This document shows, piece after piece, positions 1 to 6,645 of a DNA stretch of 13,099 nucleotides. Each line of letters opens with the position of its first letter. The stretch's first letter is position 1. This DNA comes from Candidatus Thorarchaeota archaeon (lineage in GTDB: Archaea > Asgardarchaeota > Thorarchaeia > Thorarchaeales > Thorarchaeaceae). The stretch covers positions 1 through 13,099 of the forward strand of contig JBHLRQ010000083.1 in NCBI GenBank assembly GCA_048882385.1, written 5' to 3'. The translations under genes and the position numbers were made by a program. The notes under the pieces are model-generated. The model was not told the origin of the DNA. It ran no database searches and worked only from the letters and a program-made list of their open reading frames with translations.

Positions 1-23
1 TAAATTTGACAAGATAAATATCC

Positions 24-62
24 AACGAACATTATTAGATACGAAAATGCACCATTTTTGAT
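24..62 (+). promoter_or_regulatory. Putative archaeal promoter (ATTATTA at 31-37) with downstream inverted repeat AAAATG-CAC-CATTTT (44-58)
   Basis: TATA-like box about 26-32 nt before ATG 63 fits a leaderless transcript. A perfect 6-bp inverted repeat lies between the box and the start. Confidence 0.35.
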
Positions 63-347
63 ATGACCAGTGAATCAGAGGAGTTCGAGGACATCATACG
101 TGTCATCGAGGGGGTTCATTGCGCCAAGGGTCCCAAGGGATGTAAGAAGTGTCAGGATGCAGGAATTCAGAACAAACTCTGTCTGATTCGAATCTTCAAA
201 AAGGCGAGTCAGGAACCAAGACCAATCATTGAACTTGACAGAGAAGACCAGCAGTATTTCACATATGATGTTCTGAAGTGTTTCGATGATGTTCAACAGG
301 CTCATGATTATGCTCGAGAGCATGAGATTTATGATGTCGAATATTGA
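63..347 (+). CDS. Small hypothetical protein with Cys/His cluster (putative metal-binding)
   Basis: 94-aa ATG ORF with natural soluble composition, H-C-x6-C-x2-C-x9-C cluster (HCAKGPKGCKKC...LC), tandem TGA TGA stop, AT-rich upstream region and T-rich downstream tract. No family recognised. Confidence 0.75.
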   Translation: MTSESEEFEDIIRVIEGVHCAKGPKGCKKCQDAGIQNKLCLIRIFKKASQEPRPIIELDREDQQYFTYDVLKCFDDVQQAHDYAREHEIYDVEY

Positions 348-353
348 TGACCA

Positions 354-370
354 GTTTGTTTCTTTGTTGT
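354..370 (+). terminator. Possible archaeal oligo-T terminator
   Basis: GTTTGTTTCTTTGTTGT directly after the stop of 63..347. Confidence 0.35.
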
Positions 371-432
371 AGATTATACGCGAGTGAAAACTAATATCAT
401 GCTCTTTACCGGTCAGTTGCGTGTAGCAAGCT

Positions 433-437
433 GGTGA
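433..437 (+). promoter_or_regulatory. Shine-Dalgarno GGTGA for the CDS at 445
   Basis: GGTGA ends 7 nt upstream of ATG 445. Confidence 0.55.
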
Positions 438-444
438 ATTCCTG

Positions 445-2040
445 ATGAATGAGAAGACAGTTCAAACAGAACGTTCTGCTAGATTGTCTTCTAGGTTGAA
501 AGAACTACTCAGGGTTGAGTGGACCTCTTGGAAGTTCACTCTACTGACTGCAGTCATCATAACTCTGTTTTCAATCTCCTATGTACAATATGTCATGGCA
601 TCTTGGGGAATCTATGGATTCTCATTTGATGACTCTTGGATTCATGTTCAATATGCACGGACTATATTTGAAGGCAGAGCGTGGGAATATGCTTGGGGAA
701 TTCCGAGTACAGGTTCCTCTGGACCGCTTTGGTCTGTAGTTCTATCCCCAATCTTTCTGTTTGGATACGACCATGATACTGTTGTCACAGCAGTCCTGGC
801 AATTTCTGGAATTCTTTACATCATCGATGTGTTCTTGGTTGGTGAAATTGTCAAACAGCACACAGAGAAATGGGAATTAGCAATACTGGGTCAGATCATC
901 TTTGTCCTCGTACCAAGAAATGCGGGACTCATGCTCTCAGGAATGGAAACACCACTCGGAATGATGATGATACTCCTCTCTCTTCTCTTTCTTCCAAGAC
1001 AAGAGTGGCAATATGATATTATTTTAGGACTCGTTGTAGGCTTGGCTTACCTTTGTCGTCCCGAGTTTGTATTGATTGCAGCATTGTGCTTACCAATCAG
1101 ATCGCTTATCGGTCTCTATCGAGATGACAATCGGAAACGACGTTTGCTTACCCTCTCTGCAATGTTTGCGCTTGCAGTCCTCGTTGTCTTGCCTTGGATT
1201 CTCCACTGTTATAACACGACAGGATTACCTCTTCCAGATTCATATTACTCAAAGCTCCGTTGGGGTGTAGATCAAGGGGGTTTTGACCTTTGGAATTGGT
1301 TTTGGTTGCGTACTTGGTTCCCCTCAGAACCATACCTCAGTTTGGGATTCGTGGGAGGTGTCGTAATCCTCGTTGCGAAACGTAGACCATATGAGTTAGT
1401 CCTAATCTCATCACTGTATGCCCTCTACTATTTGACAATGCCAGGGATGTCATTCCTCTTTGCTGCTAGATATCTTGTGCCCTTGTTCGATCTCATGGCA
1501 ATAGCATTCATTTCAGGACTAGCTCTGGTCTTGGAAGCAGGATTGATTCGAGTGTCTAAGAGCAGTAATCCTGGTGACAAGGATGTTATTTTCATAACCG
1601 CCGCCGTAATTTTCCTTCTATTCACTCCGTCTCTCATCAGCAGTGTTGGGTATGTTGAGCACCATGCAAATCAGGCAAAGAACATTGAAGAAATGCAGGT
1701 CCATCTGGCACTCTGGATCCGTGACAATATTCCTGAAAACGCAACAATTGCCACATACGATGTTGGAGCATTAGGTTTCTTTGCAAGAGGTACTGTTCTT
1801 GATACATATGGATTAGTGACGCCTTTACTTTTACACAACTATACAAATGCATATTCACAGTCAGAGTTTCTACGAGATGTGAACTGTACCTATATCATGT
1901 ACTATGTGGAGTGGTTTCCATACTTCAGACATGCTATCACTAATGTGGGAGGAGCTGTTACAGAGTTGTATACAGTGCATCTTGATGATCCTGTTGTAGT
2001 CGGAACACCCAACATGGCAGTCTACCACATTCAGTGGTAG
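445..2040 (+). CDS. Polytopic membrane GT-C fold glycosyltransferase (AftB/ArnT-PMT-like)
   Basis: 531 aa with many hydrophobic helices and the ordered GT-C motif series FDDSWIHVQYAR (catalytic DD after the first TM), GSSGPLW, SGMETPL, CRPE, PLPDSYYSK, RYLVP, DVGALGFF and LDTYGL, plus a soluble C-terminal domain carrying sequons. Confidence 0.85.
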   Translation: MNEKTVQTERSARLSSRLKELLRVEWTSWKFTLLTAVIITLFSISYVQYVMASWGIYGFSFDDSWIHVQYARTIFEGRAWEYAWGIPSTGSSGPLWSVVLSPIFLFGYDHDTVVTAVLAISGILYIIDVFLVGEIVKQHTEKWELAILGQIIFVLVPRNAGLMLSGMETPLGMMMILLSLLFLPRQEWQYDIILGLVVGLAYLCRPEFVLIAALCLPIRSLIGLYRDDNRKRRLLTLSAMFALAVLVVLPWILHCYNTTGLPLPDSYYSKLRWGVDQGGFDLWNWFWLRTWFPSEPYLSLGFVGGVVILVAKRRPYELVLISSLYALYYLTMPGMSFLFAARYLVPLFDLMAIAFISGLALVLEAGLIRVSKSSNPGDKDVIFITAAVIFLLFTPSLISSVGYVEHHANQAKNIEEMQVHLALWIRDNIPENATIATYDVGALGFFARGTVLDTYGLVTPLLLHNYTNAYSQSEFLRDVNCTYIMYYVEWFPYFRHAITNVGGAVTELYTVHLDDPVVVGTPNMAVYHIQW

Positions 2041-2118
2041 TCTGATAATAGACAAGATTGTCTTTTCAAGCCGATTTAATTGGTATTGAGATACGACTGA
2101 AAAGGTTGCAGACGAGAG

Positions 2119-3048
2119 ATGGAAGAAACAAACAAACTACTGCTTCAAGCTGCTAAGGAAGGGAATCTAGAAGCTGTGAAGACATCTCTGAAAAATGGAG
2201 CAGACATCAATTTCAAAGATGAGGACTTCAAGCAGTCAGCCCTTCATTTAGCTGCAAGTGGAGGACATATCGAGGTTGTTCGATTTCTTATTGATAATGG
2301 AGCTGACTTGCTACAGATGGACGGAGTCGATATGACACCATTACATCTAGCTGCACGTGATGGATGGACAAGTATAGTAATACTGATTTTGAATAAAGCA
2401 GAAGAAATCCCAGAGAGGATCCTCAATGATGTAATCCACGTTGGTTCAATGTCAGTCTACGGGAGACCTGAGATTGTACAAATCTTAGAAGATTTTCGTG
2501 TGGCTCAGGTGAAACCGAGTATTTCTGGTCACGATGAGGCTGACAAGAACTTACTAGAATCAGCTGAAGTTGGAGATTTTGAAGGTGTCAAGAAAGCTCT
2601 TGATGATGGGGCGAATCCAAAAGCTGTTGATGGACGAGGGATGAAATCAATTCATTGGGCAGCTTTGAGAGGGCATTACGAGATAGTGTCAATTCTCCTA
2701 GACAGAGGGGCTGATGTGAATAGTTCAAATTCTGCTGATTGGACACCTATAATGCACGCAAGTATGGAAGGATATTTCGAGATTGTCGAGCTACTAATCC
2801 AAAATGGGGCAAATGTAAATGCTAAGACCTATGTATCAGGCACCGCTCTCATGTTTGCATCAGGGAAAGGTCACAAGAAAATTGTAGAGTTGCTATTGGA
2901 ATCAGGTGCAGATTCCTCAATTGAGATTGAAGGAACAAACGAAGAAGATGGAATGACAGCTTCATTGTACGCTCAGCGGGAAGGACACACAGAAATAGTT
3001 AGGATATTGCAGCAAGCATCAAGTCAACTAAAAGGGCATAAACAATAG
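2119..3048 (+). CDS. Ankyrin repeat protein (about 9 repeats)
   Basis: Repeated ankyrin consensus: SALHLAASGGHIEVVRFLIDNGAD, TPLHLAARDG, SIHWAALRGHYEIVSILLDRGADVN, TPIMHASMEG, TALMFASGKGHKKIVELLLESGAD. Confidence 0.96.
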   Translation: MEETNKLLLQAAKEGNLEAVKTSLKNGADINFKDEDFKQSALHLAASGGHIEVVRFLIDNGADLLQMDGVDMTPLHLAARDGWTSIVILILNKAEEIPERILNDVIHVGSMSVYGRPEIVQILEDFRVAQVKPSISGHDEADKNLLESAEVGDFEGVKKALDDGANPKAVDGRGMKSIHWAALRGHYEIVSILLDRGADVNSSNSADWTPIMHASMEGYFEIVELLIQNGANVNAKTYVSGTALMFASGKGHKKIVELLLESGADSSIEIEGTNEEDGMTASLYAQREGHTEIVRILQQASSQLKGHKQ

Positions 3049-3080
3049 AGATAAAGCGGAATCCTGGCTATGCTTCAAAT

Positions 3081-3578
3081 ATGAAGGATGACGATTGCTT
3101 TGAGAAGGTCACTATAACTGTCTTCCCACCCATGCCAGGAATTGGTATAGTCGAGGGTGATCCAGTAGTTGAGGATGAGGATGCTTGCGGTGATACAACT
3201 GTTTCTACCGGGCCAATAAACCCCGCAGATGCGAACGTAGTTGTGGTCAAGTTGAAAAGTGACGAACCTATGGAGAAAATCAGTCGGTTGTTAGAGAAGG
3301 CTCAGATGAGATTTGGAGAGAGTATCTGTATACGAACAGCCAGGTATGATTCAAAGGACCACCTTGAAGAGGCTATTTCTTGGTTAAATGCAGCCTTGCG
3401 TGGAAGCGGAGATAACACTGTCCTCAATGAACATAGTTTCTCAACTTTCGTTGGTTCATCATCGCCTATATTATCGGTCAATAATCGACTATCATTTGTA
3501 GGTATGATTCCCAATGAAAATCAGTTTCTAACAAGAATCTCAGCTCAACTGAGGATAGCAGAAGAAGGAACCAAATGA
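3081..3578 (+). CDS. Hypothetical protein, probable thioredoxin-like fold (ArsD-like)
   Basis: 165 aa, starting 32 nt after the ankyrin stop. N-terminal beta strand VTITVFPP. C-terminal PILSVNNRLSFVGMIP matches the cis-Pro/beta-hairpin pattern P-x3-(V/I)-(N/D)-G-x4-G-x2-P of thioredoxin-fold proteins except at the first Gly. No CxxC. Confidence 0.65.
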   Translation: MKDDDCFEKVTITVFPPMPGIGIVEGDPVVEDEDACGDTTVSTGPINPADANVVVVKLKSDEPMEKISRLLEKAQMRFGESICIRTARYDSKDHLEEAISWLNAALRGSGDNTVLNEHSFSTFVGSSSPILSVNNRLSFVGMIPNENQFLTRISAQLRIAEEGTK

Positions 3579-3596
3579 TTTCTTGAAAACCCGCCG

Positions 3597-4550
3597 TCAG
3601 TGATTGAGAAGATTCTGAATTTCATCTTCACTGATATTTCCCCCACTTAATACAAGCACAATTCTCTTCCCCATAAACTCGGATGCATTCTCTAAAATTG
3701 CAGCAGTCGATGCAGCTCCAGCTCCTTCTATCAGAAGACCTTCGTTCTCATATAGAATTTTCATAGCCTGAAGAATGGATTCTTCTTTCACCAACATAAT
3801 TCGGTCGACATACTCCTGAATAATGTCCAGTGTAATCGAATCAGATTCCACGCCGCCCATCAATCCTTGAGCCAATGAATCAGATTCTTCAGCCTCAACC
3901 CATTCACCTGCAACCCATGATTCATACACCTCAGGAGAAACCTCAGATTGAACTCCGATGATTTCAATATCTGAACACTTTTCCTTGATGGCGGTAGCAA
4001 TCCCTGAGATGAGGCCGCCCCCGCCAATGGGTACAATTATTGCATCAATATCATCTAATTGTTCAAGAATCTCTAAGCCAGTTGTACCAGCTCCAGCGAC
4101 AATTTCAGGATCGTTGTATGGACTCACATATGTCAAATCACGAGCAGCCGCTAGTTTTCTCGCATATGGTTCAATCTCATCATAATCAACGTCTTGAATT
4201 ACTTCAATACCAGCTTGTTTCATCTTATTTCGTTTGACCGTTGATGCATTTATTGGAAAGACTACTTTCGCGTTAATTCCAAGAAGCTTTGCAGCATATG
4301 CAACGCCGAGACCGTGATTCCCAGTAGATGCAGTTATCACGCCCAATCTTGCATCTTCTGGAGAGAGGGTCATCAGTCTATTCAGAGCTCCTCTGACTTT
4401 GAAGGACCCTGTAATCTGCTCACTTTCTAATTTCAAAAAAATAGATCCCTCTAGCATTTTACTCAGATATTCAGATTGTTTGAGAGGCGTTTTCCTGATA
4501 TGGGCGTTAATTCGCTCACGAGCTTGTTCAATAGCATCAACATTGATCAT
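3597..4550 (-). CDS. PLP-dependent threonine/serine dehydratase (ammonia-lyase) family protein, fold type II, no ACT domain
   Basis: TGSFKVRGA (PLP Lys51), ASTGNHG, PIGGGGLISG phosphate loop and VLSGGN. At 317 aa it has only the catalytic domain. GGAG SD lies 7 nt upstream on the - strand. Confidence 0.93.
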   Translation of the reverse strand: MINVDAIEQARERINAHIRKTPLKQSEYLSKMLEGSIFLKLESEQITGSFKVRGALNRLMTLSPEDARLGVITASTGNHGLGVAYAAKLLGINAKVVFPINASTVKRNKMKQAGIEVIQDVDYDEIEPYARKLAAARDLTYVSPYNDPEIVAGAGTTGLEILEQLDDIDAIIVPIGGGGLISGIATAIKEKCSDIEIIGVQSEVSPEVYESWVAGEWVEAEESDSLAQGLMGGVESDSITLDIIQEYVDRIMLVKEESILQAMKILYENEGLLIEGAGAASTAAILENASEFMGKRIVLVLSGGNISEDEIQNLLNH

Positions 4551-4657
4551 GGGATTAACTCCAGTTTTCCTTTGTGTGAGTATGTGAGAGGAGAAACATC
4601 ACACATGCTGAAAAACGATATGTAATATACTCCATTTAAGAACCAACTGCGGATTCG
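4551..4657. promoter_or_regulatory. Divergent promoter region with inverted repeat TGTGTGA-N19-TCACACA (4573-4605)
   Basis: 107-nt gap between divergently oriented genes, with AT-rich TAATATA near 4623-4629 and a perfect 7-bp inverted repeat. Confidence 0.45.
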
Positions 4658-6556
4658 ATGAGAGTTTCGAAGATTCAAGTTCTAACAATATTGATTCTCT
4701 TCTGTCTTTTTTGGACAGGATTTAATCAGGAAACTGTTGCTACAGAGGATGATATAGCACTGACTTATTGGTACTCTGGCTATACCTCTGATGTGATCAC
4801 TGAAGACAATTGGATTCCTTTCTTCTCTTTGATAGATGTACCATATTCACTCCCTCTGCGTGGTTTCATCTCAGATAGTAGAAACTACTTCCTCGACTTT
4901 GGAGCTATGAATTGGATTAATGACTGGATCGACTATAGATACGGATGGCCCATTCACGAACATGAAGGTGGAATTAATCAAGAGAATCTGAGTGGACAAC
5001 TGGAGTTTCTCTTTGAGTTGACAACAGCCCGTCTTGAGAAACCTCATTCAGATGTTGACGAAGCTCGAAATTATACTGCGTTAGACTATGTGAAAGATTT
5101 CACTGCTCCGTATGAAGGATTTATTCCTCTAATAGTAATGTACGATTTCAACGAAACTTTTGATGATTCCAACATCCATGAATGGATTATTGACTCAGAC
5201 CTTGTGGAGAGCACTCTGAATGAGGCACTCCCACTTGTTGATTGGGAAACTGAACTATATTGGTTTGATTATGGGAACGCCACAGAGTTCGCATCTCTAA
5301 TGGCAGAAAAGACAATCGATGGTCTCATATTGATTGATGATGATTATCTAAACCGGACAGACACCATAATACATAGTATTTTTTCATCAGATCCACGTTA
5401 TAGCTCATCGGATTTAGTTTTTCCAACTCTGATTATGTTGCAGGATAACTTGCTATGGGCAACACAATACAGTGCAGCCGTTGGAGGACTTGGACGTCTT
5501 CACTCCGTGTACCCTGAAATAGACGCGTGGTGTCTTAATGGAAGAAATCTATTCTCATATTTCTATGGTGGAGACCCAGACAAACCGCGGATATCGATAA
5601 CACCTACAGTAATGCATGAAATTGGACACTGTATTGGTCAGACCGATATTCATTCTGTTTTCGGATGGCTTGCTGCGAGTTCATGTATGTCAGTTATGGC
5701 AGCTTATCAACAGTCAGAGAGATTCGACAGATTCGATACTGACCTCATAAACAACGCAATGGGTCTCCAGTTATGGGGCCGCTATCTAGATGAGATTGAA
5801 TACTTCAAAGGATTCTCTTTGTCATCAGCTCAACAGTCAGAGATTCATGCATTAGAGATTAGTTTGTCTACAGTACCGGAACTGCTGATTACTTCCAACT
5901 ATAATCAGCTGCAAATATTATTGTACGAAGCAGATTCATTCTTTGAGATGCTGTCTGCTAATCTTTCAGAACCAAGAAAGACTACCGGTTGGTCAGAGTA
6001 TGCTCCAGAACTTGATATCCAAATCGACTGGATTGTTGGACCTGGAGTTCCAAACTCAGATAGTTTGGTTGAAACAATAAAGTCAGACATAGCATCAATT
6101 CGCGACATCATCCCGTTCGTTGGATTAACTTTACCTTCACCAATCTACAATGTCACAATCGATGTTTATTCAACGACTGAGTCTTTTGAAAACAGTGTCT
6201 TCCAGTTTTGGGGTAGAAACTTGAAGAAGGCATATACAAGTGATTTCTCAGCAGAGGATGTCCCTGAAGATGCTTTCGACACATATCCACGCAATAGGAT
6301 TTTTCAGAATCAATCAGGATACGCAATTGATGGTCAGGTTATCGAGGATTGGCTTGTTCAAAATCCCTACACACCTGAAATTCAGGACAAGGTCCACTAT
6401 CGATTTTATGTAATGAATTTAGAGAATATCACTCAATTGGTTCTAGACTACACACCAGTTGTCATATCAGGGATGGTATTGGGTGGAGGTGCAATGGTAC
6501 TGTGTGTTGTGTATGTTGTGAATCGGAAAAGAAAATCTATCCCTACTCCACAATAA
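4658..6556 (+). CDS. Secreted, C-terminally membrane-anchored zinc metalloprotease (metzincin-like)
   Basis: Signal peptide (MRVSK + hydrophobic stretch), HEIGHCIGQTD zinc motif at aa 320 (nt 5615), downstream Met-turn-like SVM, C-terminal TM helix followed by NRKRK, nine N-x-S/T sequons, acidic composition. Confidence 0.85.
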   Translation: MRVSKIQVLTILILFCLFWTGFNQETVATEDDIALTYWYSGYTSDVITEDNWIPFFSLIDVPYSLPLRGFISDSRNYFLDFGAMNWINDWIDYRYGWPIHEHEGGINQENLSGQLEFLFELTTARLEKPHSDVDEARNYTALDYVKDFTAPYEGFIPLIVMYDFNETFDDSNIHEWIIDSDLVESTLNEALPLVDWETELYWFDYGNATEFASLMAEKTIDGLILIDDDYLNRTDTIIHSIFSSDPRYSSSDLVFPTLIMLQDNLLWATQYSAAVGGLGRLHSVYPEIDAWCLNGRNLFSYFYGGDPDKPRISITPTVMHEIGHCIGQTDIHSVFGWLAASSCMSVMAAYQQSERFDRFDTDLINNAMGLQLWGRYLDEIEYFKGFSLSSAQQSEIHALEISLSTVPELLITSNYNQLQILLYEADSFFEMLSANLSEPRKTTGWSEYAPELDIQIDWIVGPGVPNSDSLVETIKSDIASIRDIIPFVGLTLPSPIYNVTIDVYSTTESFENSVFQFWGRNLKKAYTSDFSAEDVPEDAFDTYPRNRIFQNQSGYAIDGQVIEDWLVQNPYTPEIQDKVHYRFYVMNLENITQLVLDYTPVVISGMVLGGGAMVLCVVYVVNRKRKSIPTPQ

Positions 6557-6600
6557 TACTATTTTCATCAGATGAGGGTTCCTGAGGGATTTTAGATAAC

Positions 6601-6616
6601 CAAGCATTTATTGCTC
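6601..6616 (+). promoter_or_regulatory. TATA-like TTTATT within semi-palindrome AGCA-TTTAT-TGCT upstream of the EEP gene
   Basis: Seen at 6603-6615, about 30-45 nt upstream of the possible starts at 6646 and 6661. Confidence 0.3.
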
Positions 6617-6645
6617 AGATATCGTGGAGAAGAGAAATCTGTAAG

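Noticed and set aside
345-437. TGA TGA after ORF 63 followed by an open stretch, as possible selenocysteine read-through
   Set aside because: There is no redox-motif context and no recognisable SECIS. A T-rich terminator-like tract follows, so a tandem stop is the simpler reading.
75-2426. Short alternative ORFs (75..323, 1076..1270, 1148..1333, 1428..1637, 1637..1858, 1870..2055, 2244..2426)
   Set aside because: These are shadow frames lying within or almost wholly over better-supported genes, with no motifs.
3579-3588. TTTC-TT-GAAA palindrome between convergent genes
   Set aside because: A 4-bp stem is expected by chance in AT-rich DNA.
4575-4603. Bacterial CRP site
   Set aside because: The TGTGA-TCACA spacing is 11 or 19 nt rather than 6, and the context appears archaeal.
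6565-6575. TCATC-A-GATGA palindrome after the protease stop
   Set aside because: The 1-nt loop cannot form a hairpin, the motif is short, and I saw no second intergenic copy.
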